Source: Bacteroidota bacterium (lineage in GTDB: Bacteria > Bacteroidota > Bacteroidia > Flavobacteriales > Flavobacteriaceae). From it: DNA of 64,000 nt. Below the pieces are notes generated by a model. The model saw only the letters and a program-made list of their open reading frames with translations. It ran no database searches and was not told the DNA's origin. Below are positions 18,515 to 27,334 of this stretch, one piece after another. Within the stretch, counting starts at the first letter, position 1, and the number at the start of each line of letters is the position of its first letter. The DNA is taken from contig JAYYYF010000022.1 in assembly GCA_036340635.1 (NCBI GenBank), positions 13,134 through 77,133 of the forward strand. The letters are read 5' to 3'. The translations under genes were made by a program, and so were the position numbers.

Positions 18515-19370
18515 AATACTAGTAACTGGTGCAAATGGGCAGTTGGGACAATCATTTCAATACTGTGCTTCAGACAATCCAGAGTTTTATTTTGTCTATA
18601 AGGATCGTTCTGAATTAGATATATCTAATCTAAATCAGCTTCGAGGGTTTTTTCAAAATAATAAGATTAACATTGTAATTAATTGTGCTGCCTATACAGA
18701 TGTAGATCAAGCAGAGAAAGAAATTGAAAAAGCTAAAAGAATTAATACTCATGCAATTAAGGCTTTATGTGATTTGTCTCAGGAGTATCAATTCAAGCTA
18801 ATTCATTTTTCTACTGACTATGTTTTTGATGGGACTTCAAAAAAGCCATATGATGAAATGGATCTTATTGGACCATTGGGGGTTTATGGTAGAACAAAAG
18901 CTGCAGGAGAAAAGGTAATATTAAGTACTAGTCAAAACATGTGGATTATAAGAACCTCATGGCTTTTTAGTCCTTTTGGGGAAAACTTTGCAAAAAAAAT
19001 TTTTTCACTTTTACAAATAAAAGATAAAATCAACGTGATTTCAGATCAAATGGGAAGCCCAACTTATGCCTTAGATCTTGCAAGAGATATACTTAAGGTG
19101 CTTTCTAAAAATATTTCTAATAAGGAATTTAAATTTTTTCACTATGCTAATACAGGTCAAACTACTTGGCATGGTTTTGCTTCCAAGATAAAAGTATTGT
19201 GCAAGTCAAATTGTATTGTTAATCCTGTAAAAACTAGTTTTTACAAAACTTTAGCTAAAAGGCCTAAATATTCAGTTTTATGTTGTGAAAAGTTTAAAAA
19301 GGAATTTAACTTGAACCCCCAATCATGGGAATTAGCATTGGAGGACTGTTTAATTAAAATTAGAGAATAG
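18507..19370 (+). CDS. rfbD: dTDP-4-dehydrorhamnose reductase
   Basis: ILVTGANGQLG, STDYVFDG and YGRTKAAGE motifs. ATG 18507 overlaps the rfbC stop (ATGACTAG). Confidence 0.92.
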   Translation: MTRILVTGANGQLGQSFQYCASDNPEFYFVYKDRSELDISNLNQLRGFFQNNKINIVINCAAYTDVDQAEKEIEKAKRINTHAIKALCDLSQEYQFKLIHFSTDYVFDGTSKKPYDEMDLIGPLGVYGRTKAAGEKVILSTSQNMWIIRTSWLFSPFGENFAKKIFSLLQIKDKINVISDQMGSPTYALDLARDILKVLSKNISNKEFKFFHYANTGQTTWHGFASKIKVLCKSNCIVNPVKTSFYKTLAKRPKYSVLCCEKFKKEFNLNPQSWELALEDCLIKIRE

Positions 19371-19373
19371 GTG

Positions 19374-20369
19374 ATGAAAAAAACAATTTTAATTACTGGT
19401 GGGGCTGGCTTTATAGGATCACACTTGGTCAGATTTATGGTTAACAAATATCCAAAAAGCAATGTTGTTAATTTTGATTCTTTAACTTACGCAGGAGACT
19501 TAGAAAGAATAAAAGATATCTCAAAGGAACCCAATTATAGCTTTATCCAAGGAGACATTACCGACCTTTCTTTATTAAAAAGCCTTTTTAGCAGTTATGA
19601 TTTTGATAGTATAATTCATTTGGCAGCTGAATCTCATGTAGATCAATCAATCAAAAAGCCTTTGGAGTTTGCTCAAACCAATATTATAGGCACTCTTAAT
19701 CTACTAGAAATAGCGAGGAAATCATGGAATGACAAGTTTAAGAGGAAGTTGTTTTATAACATTTCTACAGATGAGGTATACGGTACCCTTGGAGAAGAGG
19801 GTTCTTTTATTGAGACTAGTAAATATAGCCCAAGATCTCCATATTCTGCTTCTAAGGCTTCTGCAGATCATTTTGTTAAGGCATATTATTACACCTATGG
19901 AATGCCAATAATTATATCTAATTCTTCTAACAACTATGGCCCTAACCAATACCATGAGAAATTGATTCCTTTGGTTATTAAAAAAATTGTTGAGAATAGA
20001 TCAATTCCAGTTTATGGAGATGGTCAAAATGTTCGTGATTGGCTTTACGTTGGAGATCATATTGAAGCTATTGATTTGATATTTAAAAATGGCAAAATTG
20101 GTCAAAATTATAATATAGGAGGTGACAATGAGATTAGAAATATTGACTTAATACATAGAATAATAAAAATATGTGATAAATTTTTGGGCAGATCAGCAAT
20201 GGCATCATTAAAATTGATAAAGTATGTTAACGACAGGAAGGGACATGATTATAGGTATTCTGTTAATTCATCAAAATTGAGAAGAGAATTAAAATGGAAG
20301 CCCAAAACAATATTTGAAGAGGGTCTCGAAAAAACAGTTATCAATTATTTAAATCAATATACAAAGTAG
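19374..20369 (+). CDS. rfbB: dTDP-glucose 4,6-dehydratase
   Basis: ILITGGAGFIGSH, STDEVYG and YSASKASADH motifs. A GTG at 19371 is an alternative start. Confidence 0.95.
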   Translation: MKKTILITGGAGFIGSHLVRFMVNKYPKSNVVNFDSLTYAGDLERIKDISKEPNYSFIQGDITDLSLLKSLFSSYDFDSIIHLAAESHVDQSIKKPLEFAQTNIIGTLNLLEIARKSWNDKFKRKLFYNISTDEVYGTLGEEGSFIETSKYSPRSPYSASKASADHFVKAYYYTYGMPIIISNSSNNYGPNQYHEKLIPLVIKKIVENRSIPVYGDGQNVRDWLYVGDHIEAIDLIFKNGKIGQNYNIGGDNEIRNIDLIHRIIKICDKFLGRSAMASLKLIKYVNDRKGHDYRYSVNSSKLRRELKWKPKTIFEEGLEKTVINYLNQYTK

Positions 20370-20372
20370 CAG

Positions 20373-20756
20373 ATGAAGTTTCAAGGCGTAGGATTATTTT
20401 TATTAAGAGTAGGGTTTTCTATTTTGATGTTAACACATGGATACGGAAAATTTTTGCGCCTTTTCGAAGATAAAATAAAATTTTCTGATCCAATTGGACT
20501 TGGAAAGGAAATATCATTGTATTTGGTTATTTTGGGGGAATTTATTGCTCCAATTTTTATCATTTTAGGTTTAAAGACAAGGTTTTTTTCCATTTTCCCT
20601 ATTATAACAATGTATGTGGCTGCTTTTATTTCACATGCGGATGATCCTTTTTCCAAAAAAGAGAAAGCAATTTTATTTTTGTTTGGTTTTATTGTTGTAT
20701 TAGTCTCTGGTCCAGGGAAATATTCGATAGACCATAGCTTAAAAAATAGAATTTGA
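20373..20756 (+). CDS. DoxX-family small membrane protein
   Basis: 127 aa with four hydrophobic segments and an HGYGKF motif typical of DoxX. Confidence 0.65.
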   Translation: MKFQGVGLFLLRVGFSILMLTHGYGKFLRLFEDKIKFSDPIGLGKEISLYLVILGEFIAPIFIILGLKTRFFSIFPIITMYVAAFISHADDPFSKKEKAILFLFGFIVVLVSGPGKYSIDHSLKNRI

Positions 20757-20818
20757 TCTAAAATGGGTTTCTATTAAAAGTCATCAATGAAAAATCTTCA
20801 GATGTTTTATAAATTACT

Positions 20819-20826
20819 TATATTTG
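20819..20826 (+). promoter_or_regulatory. Candidate Bacteroidota sigma-A -7 box (TAnnTTTG) upstream of rplU
   Basis: TATATTTG lies 21 nt upstream of the rplU ATG. No clear -33 TTTG was seen. Confidence 0.4.
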
Positions 20827-20847
20827 CCATCCGAAAAGGGATTCACT

Positions 20848-21309
20848 ATGTACGCAATTGTTGAAATAGCAGGACAACAATTTAAAGTTGAAAAAAATCA
20901 AAAGTTATTTGTTCATCGATTAGATCAAAAAGAGGGATCGAGGGTTTCTTTTGACAATGTTCTTCTTTTAGATGATGGTAAGAATATAAATATAGGAACT
21001 CCAATAATAACTTCAGCATCTGTTGAAGCAAAAGTTTTGAATCACTTGAAAGGTGATAAAGTAATTGTTTTTAAGAAAAAAAGGCGAAAAGGATATAAAA
21101 CAAAAAATGGACATCGTCAGTTTTTAACAGAACTTTTGATTGAAAAAATTAATGAGAAGAAAGCTTCAAAAACTGTATCAAAAAAAATAAAAACAGAGGA
21201 TAAAGAGAAGTCTGTTAAAGAAAAAAAGCAGGTGAAAAAGACTGTTCCTCTTAAAAAGGCATCAAAGACCTCTGGAAAGACTTCTTCTAAAAAAGGTAAC
21301 AAAAAATAA
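20848..21309 (+). CDS. rplU: 50S ribosomal protein L21 with Lys/Ser-rich C-terminal extension
   Basis: MYAIVEIAGQQFKV...GHRQ core, followed by a basic tail of about 50 aa (KKASKTVSKKIKTEDKEK...SSKKGNKK). Confidence 0.92.
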   Translation: MYAIVEIAGQQFKVEKNQKLFVHRLDQKEGSRVSFDNVLLLDDGKNINIGTPIITSASVEAKVLNHLKGDKVIVFKKKRRKGYKTKNGHRQFLTELLIEKINEKKASKTVSKKIKTEDKEKSVKEKKQVKKTVPLKKASKTSGKTSSKKGNKK

Positions 21310-21318
21310 GTTTTAAAA

Positions 21319-21579
21319 ATGGCACACAAAAAAGGCGTCGGTAGTTCAAAAAACGGGAGAGAGTCCGAGTCTAAACGTCTTGGGATTAAAATTTTTGGAG
21401 GACAAGCTGCAAAAGCTGGTAATATAATTGTCAGACAAAGAGGAACTCGACACAACCCAGGCGACAATGTTTATTTAGGTAAAGACCACACACTACATGC
21501 AAAACTTGATGGGATAGTAAACTTTACTAGGAAATCAAATAAATCTTTCGTATCGATTCTCCCTATAGAAGGGAAATAA
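21319..21579 (+). CDS. rpmA: 50S ribosomal protein L27
   Basis: [34 protein letters not shown]; canonical L27. Confidence 0.97.
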   Translation: MAHKKGVGSSKNGRESESKRLGIKIFGGQAAKAGNIIVRQRGTRHNPGDNVYLGKDHTLHAKLDGIVNFTRKSNKSFVSILPIEGK

Positions 21580-21583
21580 AGTT

Positions 21584-22906
21584 TTAATATCTATAATGAT
21601 CTGGCTTATACGGGCCCTTAGGATTAACCCCAATATATTTTGCTTGTTCTTCAGACAGTTCTTCAAGTTCAACTCCAAGATGTTTAAGATGTAATGAAGC
21701 AACTTTTTCATCCAAGTGTTTTGGCAGCATATAAATTTTGTTTTCATATTTATCAACATTGTTCCAAAGTTCAATTTGAGCAAGTGTTTGATTGGTAAAA
21801 GAATTACTCATTACAAAGCTAGGATGACCAGTAGCGCATCCTAGATTCACCAACCTTCCTTCAGCCAGAATAATTAGTTGTTTATTGTTTTCAAGCGTAT
21901 ATAAATCTACTTGAGGTTTTATTTCAACTTTTGAATAACCGTAATTTTTATTTAACCAAGCCATATCAATCTCATTATCAAAATGACCAATATTACAGAT
22001 TACCGCTTTATCTTTTAATGCCAAAAAATGTTCTTTATTAATTACATCCTTATTTCCAGTAGCAGTGATTACGATATCTGCACTTGATATGGCGGAAGAG
22101 AGTTTTTTAACCTCATATCCATCCATAGAAGCTTGAAGCGCACAGATTGGATCAATTTCAGTGACAGTTACAATTGCACCTGCTCCTCTAAATGAAGCTG
22201 CAGTTCCTTTACCTACATCACCATAACCTGAAACAACAACTCTTTTTCCAGCTATCATAAGGTCTGTACTTCTACGAATAGCATCAACAGCACTTTCTTT
22301 ACAGCCATATTTATTGTCAAATTTTGATTTTGTAACGGAATCATTGACATTAATTGCAGGAATTGGTAAAGACCCTTTTTTCATTCTCTCATAAAGGCGA
22401 AGAACCCCAGTAGTTGTTTCTTCCGAAAGGCCTTTAATTCCAGGGATTAATTCAGGATATTCATTTAAAACCTTATTGGTGAGATCTCCTCCATCATCTA
22501 AGATCATATTTAGTGGTTTTCGATCTTTCCCAAAAAAAAGTGTTTGCTCAATGCACCAATCAAATTCCTTTTCATTCATTCCCTTCCAAGCATATACAGG
22601 GATTCCATCTGCAGCAATTGCAGCGGCAGCATGATCCTGAGTAGAAAAAATATTACAACTGCTCCAGCTAACTTCAGCCCCTAGATCTATTAGGGTTTTA
22701 ATAAGCACAGCAGTTTGAATTGTCATATGCAAGCATCCAGCAATTCTTGCCCCTTTTAAAGGCTTTGATTTGCCATACTCTTTTCTCAGAGACATTAGCC
22801 CTGGCATTTCTGCCTCCGCAAGCCTAATTTCCTTTTTACCCCAATCAGCTAAACTTATGTCTTTAACTTTGTGTGAGAAAAAAGTTGTTTTATTTCTTGT
22901 TTTCAT
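21584..22906 (-). CDS. ahcY: Adenosylhomocysteinase
   Basis: [40 protein letters not shown] and GYGDVGKG motifs. Start at ATG 22906; the longest ORF extends to 22942. Confidence 0.96.
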   Translation of the reverse strand: MKTRNKTTFFSHKVKDISLADWGKKEIRLAEAEMPGLMSLRKEYGKSKPLKGARIAGCLHMTIQTAVLIKTLIDLGAEVSWSSCNIFSTQDHAAAAIAADGIPVYAWKGMNEKEFDWCIEQTLFFGKDRKPLNMILDDGGDLTNKVLNEYPELIPGIKGLSEETTTGVLRLYERMKKGSLPIPAINVNDSVTKSKFDNKYGCKESAVDAIRRSTDLMIAGKRVVVSGYGDVGKGTAASFRGAGAIVTVTEIDPICALQASMDGYEVKKLSSAISSADIVITATGNKDVINKEHFLALKDKAVICNIGHFDNEIDMAWLNKNYGYSKVEIKPQVDLYTLENNKQLIILAEGRLVNLGCATGHPSFVMSNSFTNQTLAQIELWNNVDKYENKIYMLPKHLDEKVASLHLKHLGVELEELSEEQAKYIGVNPKGPYKPDHYRY

Positions 22907-22959
22907 TATTACCTTTGTGAATTCAGAGGACAAAATTAGCACTTTTAAATCAATTTTAA

Positions 22960-23586
22960 ATGCCTTTATTTCATAGTTTTAAATTAGATAAAAACAAATC
23001 AGTTTATATATGGGAAATTAAAGAATCTTTGATGGATTTAAAAAAAAACATTTCCTTGTCATCAAATGATAAAAAAAAATTATTGTCAATTAAATCTTTG
23101 GAGCATAAAAAGGGATTTTTAGCTTCTAGGAATTTATTTAACTCTGCTAAAATTGACAAACTAGGATTTAATTATAGTTCAGATGGGGCACCTATATTAA
23201 ATAATGAAAAACATATTTCAATAACCCATTGTAAAAACTATGCTGGAATTGCAATTGGGGAAAACAATTTAGGAATTGATTTGGAAGTTTATAGGGAAAA
23301 AATTATTAGCATAGCTCCAAAATTTATAAATGATAAAGAAAAATTTATTTATAATTTTCAATCTCCTGTCGAAGGGCTAACACTTATATGGACAGCAAAA
23401 GAAGCTATATACAAAGCAGTTTCTGTTAGAGGAATTAATTTTAGGGATCATATCATAATATCACCATTTAGGGATGGTGATAAAAATGGATCTGCAAAGG
23501 TTTTTTTAAATAAAAAAGAAATAAAATTTTCGCTTAATTTTATGATAAACAAAAATTTTTGTGGAACGATTGCATATATAAATTAA
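22960..23586 (+). CDS. Sfp-type 4'-phosphopantetheinyl transferase
   Basis: GIDLE and [10 protein letters not shown] motifs, 208 aa. Confidence 0.8.
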   Translation: MPLFHSFKLDKNKSVYIWEIKESLMDLKKNISLSSNDKKKLLSIKSLEHKKGFLASRNLFNSAKIDKLGFNYSSDGAPILNNEKHISITHCKNYAGIAIGENNLGIDLEVYREKIISIAPKFINDKEKFIYNFQSPVEGLTLIWTAKEAIYKAVSVRGINFRDHIIISPFRDGDKNGSAKVFLNKKEIKFSLNFMINKNFCGTIAYIN

Positions 23587-23589
23587 TAA

Positions 23590-23850
23590 ATGAAAATATC
23601 TATAGAATTAACACTTACACCACTTCAAGAAGATTATGAAATACATATAAAAAATTTCATTAAAAAATTGAGAGAATCTAATTTTAAGGTCGTTGAAAAC
23701 TCATTAAGTACGCATATTTATGGTGATTATGATCAGCTTACAAATTTTTTGATTCCATTAATAAAGAAAAATTTTCAAGACCAAAAGAATGTTGTACTGC
23801 AAATAAAAATTTTTAAAGGGGATAGGAGTAATTATACACCTAGTTTTTAA
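23590..23850 (+). CDS. DUF77 / MTH1187-YkoF-like small (thiamine-binding family) protein
   Basis: 86 aa. IELTLTPL...IKNFIKKLRES.FKVVENSLSTHIYGDYDQL follows the DUF77 pattern (ELTV.PLG...YV..A...L......Y.L...GT.IEG..DE). Starts 3 nt after the PPTase stop. Confidence 0.5.
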   Translation: MKISIELTLTPLQEDYEIHIKNFIKKLRESNFKVVENSLSTHIYGDYDQLTNFLIPLIKKNFQDQKNVVLQIKIFKGDRSNYTPSF

Positions 23851-23876
23851 TCCCTTTTTATAATTCTGTATTTTTT

Positions 23877-24458
23877 ATGGATCTTTTTTTGGAGTTTATA
23901 GCAGTGATTTTTGGTTTCTTAAGTGTTTGGTATGCTAAGGAGAACAATATTTTAGTTTATCCTACAGGAATTTTAAGCACCTCTATTTTTGTTTATTTGC
24001 TTCTTAAATCAGACTTACTTGGAGATGCAACAATTAATGCATATTTTTTTTTAATGAGTTTTTATGGATGGTATTATTGGACGCGAACTAAGTTAGGAAA
24101 AGCAATTAATCAGGTTGGGGTTGCTTCTATTAATGAGTTGATAATAAGTGCATTTTTATTTTTTGCAGGACTTTTACTCATTTATTTCATTTACATTTTT
24201 TTTGGGAAGTGGTCTTCATTTACTGCATATGTTGATACATTTACAACAGCTGTATTTTTTGTAGCTATGTGGTTTATGTCCAGACGGAAAATTGAACATT
24301 GGATTTTTTGGATTGTAGGAAACATTTTATCTGTCCCACTTTACTTATATAAAGGACTTTATTTAACAGCTATCCAGTATTTTGTTTTTACCTTGATTGC
24401 TTTTATGGGTTATAGAGAATGGAAAAAAATAATTCAAAAAAATCAGGAGATTGCTTGA
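23877..24458 (+). CDS. pnuC: PnuC-family vitamin (nicotinamide riboside or thiamine) transporter
   Basis: About 7 TM segments. Motifs WYAKENNILVYP, FYGWYYW and GYREW are typical of Pnu transporters. Confidence 0.8.
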   Translation: MDLFLEFIAVIFGFLSVWYAKENNILVYPTGILSTSIFVYLLLKSDLLGDATINAYFFLMSFYGWYYWTRTKLGKAINQVGVASINELIISAFLFFAGLLLIYFIYIFFGKWSSFTAYVDTFTTAVFFVAMWFMSRRKIEHWIFWIVGNILSVPLYLYKGLYLTAIQYFVFTLIAFMGYREWKKIIQKNQEIA

Positions 24459-24985
24459 AAATAGTCCTTTATGGGCCTGAATCAAGCGGTAAAACTAGTT
24501 TAGCAAAAGAATTAGCTTCTTTCTATAAAACTCAGTGGGTACCTGAGTTTGCAAGAGAATATTTACAGAGAAAATGGGATGATAAAGAGGAGTCGTGTTC
24601 TCTTGAAGATTTAACGATTATTGTTGCTGGCCAGAAGAGACTTGAAAATAAGTTTTTAAAAAAATCTGATAGGGTTATTTTCTGTGATACTAATGTAATT
24701 GTGACTCAAATTTGGTCGCAAACCCATTTTAATGGTTATTGTTCCCCTGAAATACTAAAAGCCGCAAAGGAGTCAAATTATGACCTTTATTTATTAACTG
24801 ATATCGATGTTCCATGGCAAAAAGATGATTTAAGAGACCGTCCTAATGATAGAGAGAAAATGTTAAGAATTTTTAAAGAGACATTGGAAAAATATGATTT
24901 TCCTTACAAACTTGTCTCTGGAAATATAGAAACTCGGCTAAAGACCTCCATTAAAGTTATAGACAAACTTATTTTAGATAAATAG
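24419..24985 (+). CDS. NadR-C-terminal-like P-loop kinase (putative ribosylnicotinamide kinase)
   Basis: VLYGPESSGKTSLAKELA...WVPEFAREYL and a late D..W..DDLRD. Overlaps the pnuC end. An alternative TTG start at 24455 overlaps the pnuC stop. Confidence 0.7.
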   Translation: MEKNNSKKSGDCLKIVLYGPESSGKTSLAKELASFYKTQWVPEFAREYLQRKWDDKEESCSLEDLTIIVAGQKRLENKFLKKSDRVIFCDTNVIVTQIWSQTHFNGYCSPEILKAAKESNYDLYLLTDIDVPWQKDDLRDRPNDREKMLRIFKETLEKYDFPYKLVSGNIETRLKTSIKVIDKLILDK

Positions 24986-25010
24986 ATTTTTCCCTGCAGC
25001 TTTTCATTTG

Positions 25011-25018
25011 TATATTTG
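25011..25018 (+). promoter_or_regulatory. Candidate -7 promoter box (TAnnTTTG) driving the riboswitch-receptor transcript
   Basis: TATATTTG lies immediately 5' of the TPP aptamer. Confidence 0.4.
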
Positions 25019-25103
25019 AAATATTAAAGGGGGTGCTAAATTGGCTGAGATTATACCCATAGAACCTGGGCAGGTAATGTTGCTAAGGGAATTATATTTT
25101 AAT
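25018..25103 (+). promoter_or_regulatory. TPP (thiamine pyrophosphate, THI-box) riboswitch
   Basis: GGGGUGC..GGCUGAGA..UACCC..GAACCUGGGCAGGUAAUGUUGCUAAGGGA matches the conserved THI-element core (GGGGUGC / CUGAGA / ACCC / AACCUG..UAAUGC..AGGGA). AU-rich flanks can close P1. Sits about 50 nt upstream of the receptor ATG. Confidence 0.85.
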
Positions 25104-25150
25104 TTCAACCTACAAAATACTCTCCCTTTTATTTAAATAAATATTTTTAA

Positions 25151-27334
25151 ATGAAAGTAATTTTTAGGAGCTTCATATTTTTAATTAGTTTGAATATTTT
25201 TTCGCAAGAAATCGAAGAAAGAATAGATTCACTTAATGTTTTTGAACTAGAGGAAGTAAAAGTATCAACAATTAGAGCAAAAATAACTGACCCGGTAACT
25301 CAGACTAATATCAACAAGGAATATATAAGTTCTCGGAATTTGGGACAGGATATCCCTGTTCTTTTAAATTATCTTCCTGGGGTTGTGACAACAAGTGATG
25401 CGGGTGCAGGCATTGGTTATACAGGAATACGAGTAAGAGGTAGTGATGCTTCAAGGGTTAATGTAACACTAAATGGGATACCTTTTAATGATTCTGAATC
25501 TCAGGCAACATATTGGGTCAATCTTCCAGATTTTGCTAGTTCAATTGAAAACATTCAATTGCAAAGAGGTGTTGGTACATCAACTAATGGATCTGGTGCT
25601 TTTGGAGCTAGTTTAAATATTTTAACTGATGTTATGCAAAAAGAAGCCTCAGCTTTGTTAAGTAGTAGTTTCGGTAGTTTTAACACATTAAAAAACACAT
25701 TAAAATTTTCTACAGGACTTTTAAACAATCATTTCGAGTTATCTGGCCGATTATCTAAAATTACTTCTGATGGATATATTGACAGGGCAAGCTCTAATTT
25801 AAAATCATATTTTTTACAAGGAGCTTTTAAAGATGATAATACATTAATTAAAGCTATTGCTTTTGGCGGTCATGAGATTACTTATCAATCCTGGTATGGT
25901 ATTGAAGATTTATCCAACAGGACTTATAACCCTGCAGGGGCTATTTATGATCAAAATGGTTTCTTAACTGGTTTTTATGATTCCCAAGAAGATAATTATC
26001 GTCAAGATCATTATCAATTTCATTGGAATGAAAAAATCAATTATTTATGGACTACTTCTTTAGGTTTAAATTATACACATGGGCGAGGATATTACGAAGA
26101 ATATAATGATTCTGGTTCCAACACAAACTTTTCATACTTACAATTAATTCCATTTGAAGTTGCTGGTGAAACTATTTCGGAGACCGAGAATGTTACAAGA
26201 AAATGGCTAGACAATAATTACTATGTTTTTACAGCTAGTGCAAATTATATTAAAGATAAGACTCGATTAGATGTGGGAGTATTATTTAGTAGATATGTAG
26301 GAGATCATTTCGGTACTTTGCTATGGGCTCAAAGCCCAGGGGATATTTTACCTAGAAAGAGGTTTTATGATAATCGAGGGGACAAAAAAGAAATAAATAT
26401 TTATGTAAAATTAGAACAACCTTTAAATGATCAAATTACTGGATTTGTTGATCTTCAATACCGAGATGTGGACTATCATGTTGATGGGGTTATTGCAGGC
26501 CCCCAAATATTTAAAGTAGAAAGCAATTTTAGGTTTTTTAATCCAAAAACAGGATTGACGTATCAAATGAACAATAATAACCAGTTTTATTTTTCTTATT
26601 CAAAAGCACAAAGAGAGCCTACTAGGGCTGATTTTGAAAATGGAAATCCAAAGCCTGAAGCACTGAATGATTTTGAAATAGGTTGGAGAATTAATAAAAA
26701 TTCTTTTCAGATATATTCCAATTTATACCTAATGCTATATAAAGATCAATTAGCCTTGACTGGTTCTTTAGACGATGTTGGAACTCCAATAAGAGAAAAT
26801 ATAGGGCAGAGTAGTAGGGTGGGTTTAGAAATTGAAGCTAAAGCAAACTTATCTGATAAATGGTTGTTACAGCCTAATCTTGCGATTAGCAAAAACACCA
26901 ATAAAGATTTTTATTTTAAAAGGAATGGTGTTTTGAATTATTTAGGCAACACACGTTTATCTTATTCACCGGAGCTAGTTTTTGGGAATATTTTAATATT
27001 TGAACCTAAAACTGATCTAAAATTTTCATTACTAACAAAATTTGTAGGGGAACAGTACATGAGCAATATTGAATCTAAAAAATCTAAATTAGAATCTTAT
27101 TTAGTGAATGATATAAATATTAGTTATCAATTTAGGCCTAAGAAAATAATGAAAGAGATGATTTTGAACTTATTAATCAACAATATATTTGACAAAAAAT
27201 ATGTTTCAAATGGATATTTTTATACTTATGATGATAATTGGTCTTCGCCAAATCAGATAAAAACAATTGAAGGAGTTGGGTATTATCCCCAGGCAGGCAT
27301 TAATTTTATTGCTGGTTTAAATCTACAATTTTAG
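25151..27334 (+). CDS. TonB-dependent outer-membrane receptor (riboswitch context predicts thiamine or thiamine-precursor uptake)
   Basis: Signal peptide, plug domain (..GIRVRGSD..VNVTLNGIPFND..IQLQRG) and a C-terminal barrel ending ..GLNLQF. Confidence 0.9.
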   Translation: MKVIFRSFIFLISLNIFSQEIEERIDSLNVFELEEVKVSTIRAKITDPVTQTNINKEYISSRNLGQDIPVLLNYLPGVVTTSDAGAGIGYTGIRVRGSDASRVNVTLNGIPFNDSESQATYWVNLPDFASSIENIQLQRGVGTSTNGSGAFGASLNILTDVMQKEASALLSSSFGSFNTLKNTLKFSTGLLNNHFELSGRLSKITSDGYIDRASSNLKSYFLQGAFKDDNTLIKAIAFGGHEITYQSWYGIEDLSNRTYNPAGAIYDQNGFLTGFYDSQEDNYRQDHYQFHWNEKINYLWTTSLGLNYTHGRGYYEEYNDSGSNTNFSYLQLIPFEVAGETISETENVTRKWLDNNYYVFTASANYIKDKTRLDVGVLFSRYVGDHFGTLLWAQSPGDILPRKRFYDNRGDKKEINIYVKLEQPLNDQITGFVDLQYRDVDYHVDGVIAGPQIFKVESNFRFFNPKTGLTYQMNNNNQFYFSYSKAQREPTRADFENGNPKPEALNDFEIGWRINKNSFQIYSNLYLMLYKDQLALTGSLDDVGTPIRENIGQSSRVGLEIEAKANLSDKWLLQPNLAISKNTNKDFYFKRNGVLNYLGNTRLSYSPELVFGNILIFEPKTDLKFSLLTKFVGEQYMSNIESKKSKLESYLVNDINISYQFRPKKIMKEMILNLLINNIFDKKYVSNGYFYTYDDNWSSPNQIKTIEGVGYYPQAGINFIAGLNLQF

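Noticed and set aside
21117-21467. 116-aa ORF antisense to the rplU tail and rpmA
   Set aside because: It overlaps two canonical ribosomal protein genes. Its sequence is the complement of the Lys-rich tail (a Phe/Leu-rich artefact).
22907-22959. Possible SAH riboswitch upstream of ahcY
   Set aside because: Only about 53 nt separate ahcY from the divergent PPTase gene. The stretch is AT-rich with no GC-rich pseudoknot-forming segments, and SAH riboswitches are not expected in this phylum.
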